From contig OZ024740.1 in assembly GCA_964016885.1 (NCBI GenBank), positions 65,038,001 through 65,102,000 of the forward strand: DNA of 64,000 nt. The letters are read 5' to 3'. Each line of letters opens with the position of its first letter. Positions within the stretch are counted from its first letter, which is position 1. The translations under genes and the position numbers were made by a program. Below, one piece after another: positions 13,006-25,944 of this stretch. The notes below the pieces were generated by a model, which did no database searches, had not been told where the DNA came from, and saw only the letters and a program-made list of their open reading frames with translations. The DNA is from Eledone cirrhosa (lineage: Eukaryota).

Positions 13006-15262
13006 CACAAGACAAGGAGGAGAAACCGAGAGTAATAAAAATTATCAATCTAACTAGTGCAGAACCAACACCCAATCTTATCAACTTACTCTCCAAAGGT
13101 CTTAAATTCAAACCGACCCCACGACGTCCTAACTACTATGAAATGAAGGAAGACATCAGAGACTTCTGTAGAAAGTTACGACTCAGTGAAGAACTATTCG
13201 ACCAGTACAATGAGGATGAATCATTAGCCAGAAATAGAAGCAATTACACTCCATCAGAAGGTAGAAATAAAATCCTGGACGAATTCTGTGAACACATCAC
13301 AAACTTCCATTACCAACACTTGCGCATACAAAAACACAAGCGAAACCTCAACAAGAAAGAACGGGAAGAATTAAATAGATTAAAAACCGACAGAACCATT
13401 ACAATTAAAGAGGCTGATAAAGGGAGTACAGTAGTCCTAATGGAGACAGAATTCTATATCAACATAGCGCTCTCCACTTTGGAAAACGAAACATACTACG
13501 AAAAGGCTGAACACTAAAATCAACAGAAAATTATGAGAAACCTAAAACCTCTGATCAACCAATACAAAGAAGGACTCACTAACAAGGAATTCAGCTTCAT
13601 CACAGACTTCACAAGTAAATACAGCCTTTTCTACGGTATCCCTAAAGTACATAAAAGCGAATTAATAAGTAAGGCATGCAAGGAAGCCAAAGACATAGTC
13701 ATCAATGTCCCGTCACCCAATGATCTCAAATTAAGACCTATAATAGCAGGCCCCGCTTGCGAAACCCACCGCCTTAGCAACTTCATTGATACCCTTCTCA
13801 AGCTTTTCTCAAACACATCAAAAGCTGTATAAGGGACGACCTAGATATGCTCAATCACCTCCCTAATATGCCCATTTCTGAACAAACCCTACTAGTGACG
13901 TTCGATGTAGTCAACCTATACTCCAACATCAACCCACAACCTAGGAATAGAAGCTATCCAATTCTGGCTGGATAATTACCACAATGAACTCCCACAACGC
14001 ATCAAAAAGAATTCGTGATAGAGGGACTCAAATTTATCTTGGAGAACAATTACTTCGTTTTCAATAAGAAACCCTAAAGCAGAAATCTGGGACTGCTATG
14101 GGAACGAAAACAGCCCCCACTTATGCCAACCAAGTCATGGGATACCTGGAAATCACCCTCTACACTAAAGTACTAAACACATTTGGAAACACTCTCCACT
14201 TACACATAGAAAGGAACTGGAAGCGATATCTAGATGACTGACTCATCCTTTGGCACGAAAACATCGAGAAACTTAAAGAATTTCACACCCTTATAAATGG
14301 GCTCAACACGAATATTAACTTCACGATGGAATACAGCCATCAACAACTCCCCTTCCTCGACATCCTCATTAAGATCCATAACAAAAAAATAGAAACAGAC
14401 ATATACTACAAGCCCACAGACTCCAAGCAATATCTTCCTTTCAACTCTTGCCACCCTAGACACGTTAAAATTAATATTCCCTACAACTTAGCCAAGAGAA
14501 TCTGTATAATAGTCTCCAATGAAAACACCTTCTACTTACGGCTACAAGAACTAAAGGACACACTCATAGGCAGTGTCTACCCTGCATCACTAATTGACAA
14601 CGGAATCCAACGTGCCCTAAAACTCAGTACCCAGGACCTTAGACACCCTACAGTAAATCAACCGAAACTAAAAGCTCTTCCATACATCTCCACACACAAC
14701 CCCTCAACAATGAGCCCTTTGACACCATCCTCCAGAACATCCCTATGTTGAAAAAGAACCATAGAATGAACCAAATCCTACGTACACACTATATCATAAA
14801 GAGCAAAAGACAATCTAAGTCAATGAAAAACATCCTAACATGCCAAAGTACTGCCAACCACAACAACCAAACCCACAGTAAAAAAATGCGATAGACCCAA
14901 CTGTGGCATATGGATCAACCTAATAGAGGGTTCGGAATTCTATTTCAAAGAAGGACAACGTTTTATAGTAAAACTCAATTTCGCATGCGCATCAGAAAAT
15001 CTAATATATGTATTAACTTGGTAAGGTTGTCGAGACCAAAAACAGCCTCCGCCAACGCATGACTGTCCATAGATCCCAAATTAAAATACGGGAATACAGG
15101 AAAATACCACTGAGTGAACACATTGATACCTGTGCCGCCTAAAATCACCCCAACTTCAGAATCTTTCCCCTCTACAAATTTAAATATAATGCCACCCACA
15201 CCCAGCGCATCAGCAATGAATCTCACTTTATTAACAAATACGGACCCGTCTAAACAATTCCC
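12972..15262 (+). pseudogene. PLE ORF2: RT + CxxxxCxxC finger + GIY-YIG endonuclease, multiple stops and frameshifts
   Basis: LLSKGLKF.PTP, IKEADKG, FYGIPKVHK, LRPIIAG, FDVVNLY, GTAMGT..APTYAN, RYLDD, LPFLD, YKPTD, KKCDRPNCG, NLIY..T. Confidence 0.9.
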
Positions 15263-16248
15263 CCTAAGACGAACCCACAACATACACACGTCAACATACA
15301 TACCTACATCAGCATACATCTCTATCCACATATAAACACAATGACATACGTAAACACACATGTACTATGGTGCAACATAAATATACACAAATTTGCATAT
15401 CTTTTGATGTCTATAGATATAAACGTGTCGACACACACACATACATATACGCACACATGCATTGCACACTGATGGGCACATAGATATTTGTACACAAGTA
15501 TTCCAATACTGCAAGGCCTAATGGATTCCCCTTGCAGTACGTACAATCTGGACACTCACACACCTTGGTATTATGCCAATACTATTTATCATTTAACACC
15601 TTTTATTATTAATGTTTTTGATGTTCTATTGAGGGAATCGTTTTTACTGAAAATATCGAATAATGTACACCATTTTTACCAGTATCACAAAAATACTGGT
15701 CCACCCACACACACACACACATTCTCACACACACACTTGTCTTAATAGGCATTTGAACTGTCAACAGGCTGCGGTTCGCACACACATCCCTGCTGACCAT
15801 TATAACAACAACGAACCTCTTTACTACTACTACACACACACACACACACACATACACGCACACACACACATATTTGTCTTGAAAGTCTTAATTTTCAGTG
15901 ACTTCTCAATCAGCCGAGACAGACCTATTTTTGGCGCAAAATCAATTTTTAACATTCACATGACCTCTACCGACCAATCAAAATTGTTTTGACCACAAAC
16001 ATGTTTTCATACATCTGGAGCCACTTTTTTTTTACATAAAACAGGTAGAATTTCCAAAACTAATCAGATTAGAGCAAACATCACGGGCGCTCTATCAAAA
16101 ATTATTTTTGAAAAGCATTAGAAATACGCAACCGGTAAAACTTAAAACCAAAACTGAATACTAACCAATACTATTACTAATTTTTACTTGATCCTAAATA
16201 AACTATTTTTCACTGGGAACAATTTGTCAGCATTTTCTTTTCCTTTTA

Positions 16249-16299
<51 letters not shown>

Positions 16300-16310
16300 A
16301 TATATATATA

Positions 16311-16738
16311 CAATGATATTAAATAAATGGAAACTATATTTATAAAACCAAATTTATTCAATTATATATATTTCAAGAGAGAGTACCAACACTTTGGTAC
16401 GCTCACATCAGATAAAATACAAAGTTTGTTACATAAATATTGACATATCCAGGAAGATAATCTTAACGGTTCAAGTTTTTCCTGACCCGTTAAGATCTTC
16501 TTCCTGGATATGTCAATATTTATTAAAAAAACTTTGTATTTTATCTGATCAGAACGTACCAAAGTGTTGGTACACTTGAAATATATATAATTGAATAAAT
16601 ATGGTTTTATAAATATAGTTTCTATTTATTTAATATCATTGAATATTATATTCCAGAAAATATGTCGAGTGCTTCGAATCAGTTATAAACGTATATAGTT
16701 GTTGAATTACCAACAAATTAAATATCCCTTTTGCTTAC
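16311..16738. repeat. 330-bp fold-back PLE-end palindrome (16311-16641) with right-side tail and degenerate HHRs
   Basis: caatgatattaaataa... versus ...tttaatatcattg. Plus-strand motif ttttat CTGATCA gaac gtaccaa-agtg-ttggtac actt GAAA tatata at 16545-16587. Confidence 0.85.
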
Positions 16739-16750
16739 ACACACACACAC

Positions 16751-16799
<49 letters not shown>

Positions 16800-16814
16800 C
16801 ATATATATATATAT

Positions 16815-19013
16815 AAACACCTCAAATTTAAAAAGTATAAATCCGTCTTCCAAAAGGACCTTGATTCTACCCTATTGGACCTAAAAAAGTCTAAAAAAAT
16901 CCATGTCCACTCGGACAAAACTGGTAACTTGTAACACATGGATATTGAACATTATAATGAGTTCATATATAAAGAACTCAGGAAAAATTATAAAAAATCT
17001 AATAATGCGTCACTCACCAACATCAACAACAAAACACACAACATAGTAAAAAAACTAAACATTGAAGATAGAACTGAACCTTTGGCATTGAAAAGACCAC
17101 ACTTCAACCTGAAGGATCATAAATCAAACTTTAACTCAAATCCTTCTATAAGACTTATATGTCCCTCCAAATCAGATATTGGAATAATTAGCCAAAAAAT
17201 TTTGGATAAAGTCATCCCACAAATAAGAAAACACGTTATTTTACCACTCTGGGAAAACACCTCCCAGGTAATTAACTGGTTTAAAAATATTAGATGTAAA
17301 TCTTCTGCTTCATTTCTACAATTTGATATAGATAATTACTATTCTTCTATATCACCTATACTCCTGAACAAAGCATTGATATTTGCTAAAAATAGATCTA
17401 ACTTAACTTTGGATGACATTAATATTATTACACATGCTAGACTAACACTTATTGAATTTCAGAATGAATACTGGACCAGAAACACATATAGTAATCTATT
17501 TGATATTACTATGGGTTCAAGCGATTCCGCCCAAATTACTGATCTTGTGGGCCTCTTTCTCCTTTTCAACATAAATGCCTCCTTTCCCCACCTTAAAGGT
17601 GGTTTATATCGTGATGACTGTCTTCTTCTTTCTAACAACCTTAGCCTTTCAGAAATAGAAAAAAACAAAAAACATATTAGAACTTTCCTTAAAGACTATT
17701 ATAATCTTCATATTACTTTTGAAAAAACAAGTAAAGTAGTAAATTTCCTAGATATAACTTTAGATTTAGCTACGGGTATCTACCAACCTTACCATAAACC
17801 AAACCAAAACTTACATTACATACACTCACAATCTAATCACCCTAAATCTATCCTTAAAAACCTTGCATATAATATATCACTTAGAATTTCTAACCTTTCT
17901 TCTAACCAAGATGTATTTGATAAAAATGCGTCCTTCTATAACGAAGCTCTAGATAGAAGTGGCCACAAAAATAGATTAGAATATATACCTTCTACTAAAA
18001 ATACTAAAAACATACAACCTAATATTACAAACAAACACCAAATGAAAAGTACACACCTAAATGCCACCCACACTATACCCCAAAATACCAAATCTTCTAA
18101 TATAAAATATAGTAACTCTCAAAAAACTACTCATCATACAACTCTAATAAATATTAATAATAAAACTCCTAATAAAAAAGATAAAACACCTAAATCTACA
18201 AATATAACTAAAAATGGTTGTGGTGAGATCATTAACATTAATCCTCCTAGTAAACATCACGATACAACCTATAAAAATAATAAAAATAATAAACAACATA
18301 GAAACCGTAATAGACGGGTTACTTGGTATAATGCTCCATTTAATTTACAAATTAAGGATAATATTGCTAAAAAATTCTTTTATATCCTAGAGAAAAACTT
18401 CCCGCCAAACCACAAATACCATCAAATCTTAAATAGGTCTACAGTTAAATTCTCATACTCAACAACAAATAACATAAAACAAAATATAAGTGCCTATAAT
18501 GCATATAAATGTAAGAAAACCATAAGTATACCACCAATACATCAAACTAACCATAATATCTCCTCAAATACAGAATTAACGAAAGGTTGTAACTGTAGAA
18601 ACAAAGCAAACTGCCCATTAAAAGGGAATTGTCTTGTTAACAACATAGTCTATAAATGTAATGTTAAAACTAAAGATTCTATTTGCTCATATATAGGAGC
18701 TACTTCTAACAGTTTTAAGACAAGGTTTAATACCCACAAGCATAGTTTTAAAAATGCCGCACTGGCTAATACAACATCTCTAGCAGAAAAAATCAATAGT
18801 TATAAAAATAAGAATATAGAATATGATTTGACCTGGAGTGTGCTCAAAAGAGCCACCCCTTATCAAAATAATAGAAATGAATGTAGATTATGTTCCCAAG
18901 AACTATTTGAAATAATGAAATCTAAGGATATCCTATTAAATAAACGACAGGAATTAATTATATCGTGTAATCATAAACTAAAAAAAACATTTAAATATTA
19001 TAAACCTAATTAA
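16815..19013 (+). CDS. Near-intact PLE RT + GIY-YIG protein (YRDD type); 691-aa ORF at 16938-19013 extends upstream in frame past one TAA (16932-16934)
   Basis: DKTGNL*, LKDHK, RLICPSKSDIG, FDIDNYYSSI, MGSSDSAQITDLVG, LYRDD, VNFLD, SNHP, CNCR..CPL.G.CL, NIVYKC, YIGAT..FKTRFNTH, CRLC..E. Confidence 0.92.
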
Positions 19014-19930
19014 TAACATTATTTTAGAAATTAATATATATAATTTAATTTAAATGTTAGTTAACCTATAAATTTAATTTAATTAAAATTCTACTACAGA
19101 TGAGAATATAAAATATTGTGTAATCATAAATTGTGAAAAACCTTTAAATATTACTAATATATACTTAGTAATTTAATTTATAGATTAATTTTAATTTATT
19201 TAACCCTTTATTAAAATTCCTTTACAGATAAAATATAACAAAATATCGTGTATTCAATGACAGAGAAATAATTTTTTAGTATTATAGACCTAATTAATAT
19301 ACATTTTAGAAATATATTTATAATTTGGTTTTAAATTTAGTCAACCTAAAAATTTAATTTAATTGGCTTAAAATTAGTATCCTAATACAGACGGATTGCA
19401 GAGTGTCATGTAATCATAGAATGGGATGTGTTTTGGATGTATACCTAGTTAATATATTCTTTGCAATTTTTGAAAAAATATGTATATGTATGTATGTATA
19501 TGTATGTGTATGTATGTATATATATATGTGTATATATATATATGTGTATGTATATGTATATGTATATGTATTAATTTTGATTTCTATTTGCATATAATTA
19601 TATTCTGCTATTGATAAAATACAATATCTGTTTTATTTATTATATACCTAATTAACATATACTATAGAAATTAATATATAATTTTTAATTTAGTTAACCT
19701 ATAATTTATATTCTACTACCGATGTAATACTTTAGTTGTTTTTTCCCTATTACTAAATTCATTTCCTAATATTGATACCATAACGTTAATAATTTTAATT
19801 CAGTTATACTATAATTAATACTCTACTACTATTTAACTTCAAAATTCTGCTTCAAATATTATAAACCTAACTAATTTACACCTTAGAAATCAATATATTA
19901 ACTATCTTTAGTTTAGTTAACCTATAATTA
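18960..19930 (+). repeat. Diverged AT-rich tandem repeats derived from the last codons of the PLE ORF
   Basis: Variants of tcgtgtaatcataaa...aaatattataaacctaattaa...ttagaaat...tagttaacctataa recur near 18962, 19115, 19245, 19405, 19630 and 19855. Confidence 0.65.
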
Positions 19931-20109
19931 ATGGTATACTTATTTTGAAATGCATAATTTTGCCTTATTTCTTGCATTTCCTAACACTGAAACTATGTAA
20001 AAACATATATTGAGATCCAAATACAGATTAATATTCTATGTTTCTTGAAACATATATTTACTATAATCCACTTCTCCACCCCCCCTTTCCCCCATACTAT
20101 TATCATCTG

Positions 20110-20231
20110 TATTTATAAGCGTGTATGTATGAATATATATGTAGGTAGGTGTATATATGTTTGGGTGTTTATATCTGAGTATAAAAATACATATATGCGC
20201 ATGCAAATAAAAATGTATGATTGTGTGTATA

Positions 20232-20262
<31 letters not shown>

Positions 20263-21127
20263 GCATGTATATATATATGTATATATATATATATATATAT
20301 GTATATGTGTATGTGTGTGTGGGCGTGTATGTGTGTGTATATATATATATGTGTGTATGTATGTGTGTGTATATATGTGTATGTATATGTAAGTCTCTCT
20401 ATATATATGTGTATCTTCGTATCTATGTGGGTATATGTGTGTATGTACATGTATGCACATGTATATGTTTATGTGTATATGTGTGTATGTGTATATATGT
20501 ACGTGTGCGCACATATATATGTGAGTGTGTGTGTGTGTGTGTATATATATATATGTATGTCTATGTATATATATATTTGTATGTGTATATATATATATAT
20601 TATTTATTATTATAATATAACTTATGTGTATATATATATATGTGAATGTGTGTATATGTATATATATATATATATATGTAAATATATATGTGTATGTGTG
20701 TTTTTGTGTGTGTGTATATATATGTGTATATATGTGTGTATGTATGTGTTTGTATGTGTGTTTATGGTTGTATGTGTGTGTGGGTATATATATATATGTA
20801 TGTATATATATATATATGTGTATATGTATCTCTATTTATGTGTGTATATATGTATATGTATATACCTTTTTCTTTGTATGTCTGAGTTGTGTGAGAGTGT
20901 AGTGGTGTTTGTATGTATATACGCATATATGGATGCGTATGTATTTGTATATATGCGTATATGTAAGTGCGTATGTGTGTGTGAATATATATCTATGTCT
21001 ATGTATGAGTATGTATATGTGTGTATGTATGTGTGTGTGTATGTATGTATGTGTGTATGTGTGTATATATATATGTGTGTATATGTATGTATGTATGTGT
21101 ATGTATGTATATGTGTATGTATATGTG

Positions 21128-21177
<50 letters not shown>

Positions 21178-21358
21178 TATTATATATGTGTGTGTGTGTA
21201 TGTGTGTGTATATATATCTTTATATATGTGTATGTGTATGTATGTGTAGGTGTGTGTGTGTGTGACTATATATGTATGGGTGTATGTGTGTATGTATGTA
21301 TGTGTATGTGTGTGTACATGTATGTATGTGTATGTATGTGTATATGTATATATATGTG

Positions 21359-21394
<36 letters not shown>

Positions 21395-21850
21395 TGTATA
21401 TGTATCTCTATTTGTATGTGTATATGTGTATATGTATATACCTTTTTCTTTGTATGTCTGAGTTGTGTGAGAGTGTAGTGGTGTTTGTATGTATATACGG
21501 ATATATGGATGCGTAAGTATTTGTATATATGCGTATATGTAAGTGCGTATGTGTGTGAGAATATATATCTATGTCTATGTATGAGTATGTATGTGTGTGT
21601 ATGTATGTGTGTATGTGTGTATGTATGTATGTATGTCTGTATGTATATGTGTGTATATATATGTATGTATGTGTATGTCTGTATGTATATAAGTATGTAT
21701 GTGTATGTATATGTGCGTGTATGTGTATATATGTGTGTGTGTATATATGTGTATATATGTGTGTATATATATATATATGTATGTGTGTATATGTGTGTAT
21801 GTATATATGTATATGTTTATATATGTGTGTGTGTGTGTGTTGTATGTGTA

Positions 21851-21888
<38 letters not shown>

Positions 21889-21890
21889 CT
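20110..21890. repeat. Compound (TA)/(TG)/(TATG) microsatellite with an internal duplicated block (about 20820-21015 / 21397-21592)
   Basis: Low-complexity tract; the unique block cctttttctttgtatgtctgagttgtgtgagagtgtagtgg occurs twice. Confidence 0.9.
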
Positions 21891-22499
21891 TGATATATTT
21901 CTTTTTTCTTTTTTTCTTTTTCTTTTCTTTTCTTTTTATTTCTAAGTCTATAGATACATCTATAAATAAGCAGTCTGCCGAAACCGTTGAATACTGACCT
22001 CTCCCCCCCTCCCACCTAATTTCTGTATCTTGATCTAAATGTGTGTGGCAGTGTTTTATGTGAGTGCATTAATATCCATGTGCTTATGATAATACTATAT
22101 CCACATATATATGTGTGTGGGGGTGTGTGTGTGTATGTATGTTCGTAATTATGTGTATGTTTATGCATATACGCGCGTGTGTGTGTGAGTGTACGGATAT
22201 GTGTGAGTATGTGAATATGTGTATACACTTATTTCATATTTACGTGTCTATACGCATTTTCACTGTGGATTATAAACTTACAGAGACATTAGCCTTGAAT
22301 TTTTGTATTTGCATACATCTTTTTGGCATGCGTATGCATGTTGAGCATATATCTTTGTATAAATATGTGTACGAAGTTAATTACATGTATATACACACAC
22401 CAAACTGCATAAAATTTTTTGTATTTTCATTGGTCAATTTGAACTCCGTTCCCAAACGGACCTGAAATTTTGAATTGTTGTTATTATCAATAAATATAT

Positions 22500-22654
22500 T
22501 TCATTATTTCTGAAGACGGCATATATGTGTGTTTGGTATGTATATTTAATCTTGATAGTTTGTATAATTTTGTATAATTTTGTACATAGATCTGTTGAAT
22601 ATGCATGCCAATTCTAACACATATATATCCTAGAAACGATCGTTAAATAATGAA
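22500..22654 (+). ncRNA. Type I hammerhead ribozyme, probable pLTR of the 16815 PLE
   Basis: 10-bp stem I ttcattattt/aaataatgaa, CTGAAGA (22510-22516), long stem II ggcatatatgtgt...acacatatatatcc, GAAA (22633), palindromic cgatcg, GUU triplet. Confidence 0.8.
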
Positions 22655-22848
22655 CTTTTTTTGTTTAATATAAGGAACTGTTTCATTGTTTTATTCATTA
22701 TTTGTTTAATATTTTATCTTGACTCTGTATTCCGTTTATCTTTCACCGAAAGTGATTTTTCATTGCATCTCTTCTTTCCATGATATCCGGAATACATTGA
22801 GTTCTTCATACGGATTGGACACTACCGTAAACTCTTGGTAGATTTATC

Positions 22849-22914
<66 letters not shown>

Positions 22915-22921
<7 letters not shown>

Positions 22922-23254
22922 GTGAGGTTATTTTTTTTTTACAAAATGAAAAATAACCGAGGTGTCCTACACGAGTGGAAGTATAAAGAAAAAGGGATGA
23001 AATCGAAAATGCAACTGAAGTCTTATTTTTTAAAAATATATATATATTTATTTGGTTCCTTTACCGGTTTCGCAGTTCTTCTGCTTTTCAAAAGGTGAGT
23101 TGAGATGGAGGGTCTGGCGTTTTTCTCACATCAGATGTGAGAAAAACCACAGACCCTCCATCTCAACTCACCTTTTAAATAAATATATAAATATATATAT
23201 TTAAAAAAAAAATAAGACTTCAGTTGCATTTTCGATTTCATCCCTTTTTCTTTA
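22915..23254. repeat. Mini fold-back palindrome of PLE family A 3' end; HHR at 23058-23095 (minus) is absent from the right arm
   Basis: Matches the ends of element 37159-42751; centre cacatc-a-gatgtg near 23133. Confidence 0.9.
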
Positions 23255-23275
23255 TATATATATATATATATACAT

Positions 23276-23347
<72 letters not shown>

Positions 23348-23350
<3 letters not shown>

Positions 23351-23487
23351 GGAACGAGTAGGACCCCGACGGCTGAGCTCAGCCGTCGGGGTCTTACTCG
23401 CTCCTATTACCCACTCTACTACCCTAAGTATTGAGTACTTTGGTGCGTTATGGTCCATCTGGTTCCATACCACATTTCCTTCGTTAT
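23348..23487. repeat. Micro fold-back of PLE family B end: 60-bp hairpin centred on HHR stem III, plus 80-bp tail
   Basis: ataggaacgagtaggaccccgacggctgagctcagccgtcggggtcttactcgctcctat, followed by a tail matching the reverse complement of 42886-42966. Confidence 0.9.
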
Positions 23488-24016
23488 ATTTATATATATA
23501 TATAGTTAATATAGAAAGGCTTCTACAGGACTAGAACTGTTTCATTCGGGAGAAATCATAATTATACATATGTGTGAGTATACAGTCGGGGAGTTCAACA
23601 TAGTGAAGTGCTAAAAAATAGAAGTTAATTGAAATATATATCTTTGTTGGAAAAGAAAAATCCGGAGTTAATTGGTAACGAAATTGAAACGAAAATAAAA
23701 AAAATGAGAATTAAAAATAATAAAAATAACTATACTTTACGTAATTAATTGACATTGTTCTCCAAATTTAAAATCTTTTGTTCGTAAAAGAATTCTGATG
23801 CTTCATAAATACGAATAATTATCCAGTATATAATATAGTGTGCACAGGTAGTTAACTCAAGTGAACCTTCAACGTGAATTTAGTCAGTTGTTCTTATAGA
23901 GACGGTAAAAAACAAAGGCGACCAAAAGATATTGATACATTCATTCTTATAGACATGCGTTACATCATACTTGCACACGCAAGAAATCTTTATATCTCTC
24001 TATCTATGTGAGTATG

Positions 24017-24150
<134 letters not shown>

Positions 24151-24871
24151 ACGTTGATATTATCAGAGTATAACTACAGTGGTAAACTGAATGGTAAATG
24201 AAAGAATTGTTACGTACAGTAATAGAAATACATAATACGTAAATACTTATGTGTTTGCCAATCACCACACATTTTCCATTACATTTCCATTAATTCCATG
24301 AATGAATGCCTTCAGGTTTGCATAGATTAAATGGTGTTATATATATAGCTTGATAAATTTGATGGGATTCGGCCAGTATTGGCCCAAGCGATATCTACCG
24401 TAAAATCATGTTTTGAACACCTTGAGCCACTCAAGTGGAGAGTTATTGTTTTCAGAGATATATCCTGGTGTAGGAGATTAATCAGAAATTTCTTGGAGGA
24501 ATTTTTCTAAATACATATTGAATTTTATGGGGTTTGTTTCTGTTTTTATGTGTTTTCGTGTAGTGTTAAAGAGAGCGCGACAAGTTGAGGAGTGATAATT
24601 GTGCCGTAATATTGTTATGGGATGCGAGTTTGACTTTTGTTCATAGCGGATAGCACGGGTCTCAGCCTTAAATGTATTTTAAAGATGATGCTAATATCAT
24701 TCGTGCAACACTGATGGATTCCACGTCATGCACATAATGTAGCACTGACAGTGGCGTTGGAGACAGTAAGGTTAGAGATTTTGTAATCCATTCCAATGGT
24801 CAAGGCCTGTCACGCAGTCTATCTTTTTGTGATTGACCTTTGAGCTTCTTCGACTTTCATCTCTCTCTCCT

Positions 24872-24978
<107 letters not shown>

Positions 24979-25413
24979 GTAAAATGACAGGAGGCCGGAC
25001 AACGGAAGTTTCTTCTATATAATAAAGAAATAATGGTAAACACATTCCAAGAGGCTAGAAGGAGAAAAAACAGACAAAAAAGGGTTTTGACTCGAAGGGG
25101 AAAATGCGGGCTAGTTGTTGACATCTAGGCTGACCGGCCTCAATCTCCTTATTACCTATTGGAATATGTTTACCATCATTCCTTTATTATATAACTATTA
25201 TGCAATATACACCTGATGATGTCACCAGGATCCTACGTAACGTTCCCACTGAAATGTATATAGTGTTTTCAGAAATAAAAAAAATTGAATAAATTTCATC
25301 TGTCCGGCCTCCTGTCTTTTTACTCAATAAGAATTAAATCCGTTCCTGCAACACAGGCAGGATTCAATATCAAATATGGATGCGTGCGTAACGTTGAAGG
25401 CTTTTCCTACTAT
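24979..25413. repeat. Imperfect fold-back PLE end; HHR motif only in the right arm (25209-25266, plus)
   Basis: gacaggaggccggaca / tgtccggcctcctgtc arms; acac CTGATGA...GAAA tgtata ta gtgt with a weak stem II. Confidence 0.7.
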
Positions 25414-25944
25414 AACATCATGGTTAATTATGCGGAATGACCAGTTCTATCCAGTGGTGAACCATCGAAGTTAAATGTATATATATATATATAAAGAAAA
25501 AGAGATGAAATCGAAAATGCAACTGGAGTCTTATTTAAAAAAAAAATATATATATATTTATTTGGTTCCTTTACCGGTTTCGCAGTTCTTCTGCTTTTCA
25601 AAGGTGAGTTGAGATGGAGGGTCTGTGGTTTTTCTCAGAGGGTCTGTGGTTTTTCTGAGAAAAACCACAGACCCTCACAACTCACCTTTTGAAAAGCAGA
25701 AGAACTGCGAAACCGGTAAAGGAACCAAATAAATATATATATTTAAAAAAAAAATAAGACTCCAGTTGCATTTTCGATTTCATCTCTTTTTCTTTATACT
25801 TTCACTCGTGTAAGACACCTCGGTTATTTTTCATTTTGTGAAAAAAACCTCACTTTCTAATATATATATATATATATATACAGTTAACTTCGATGGTTCA
25901 CCACTGGATACAACTAGTCATTCCGCATAATTAACCATGATGTT
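25414..25944. repeat. Family A mini palindrome (25490-25860) with HHRs at 25568-25604 (minus) and 25685-25722 (plus), nested in inverted flank duplication 25414-25477 / 25881-25944
   Basis: Reverse-complement arms read directly; cctt TTGAAAA gcag-aagaa-ctgc GAAA ccgg ta aagg. Confidence 0.9.

Larger units (their letters stand above)
11665..16256 (+). mobile_element. Neptune-type PLE, 5'-truncated, with inverted pLTR arms (11698-12003 / 15953-16256) in (TA)n
   Basis: Inverted terminal arms with degenerate HHRs (about 11815-11852 minus, 16103-16141 plus) enclose RT and GIY-YIG coding fragments. Confidence 0.9.

Noticed and set aside
20036-22015. Long ORFs such as 20221-21249 (342 aa)
   Set aside because: Translations of TA/TG microsatellite (Y/I/C/V/M only); not genes.
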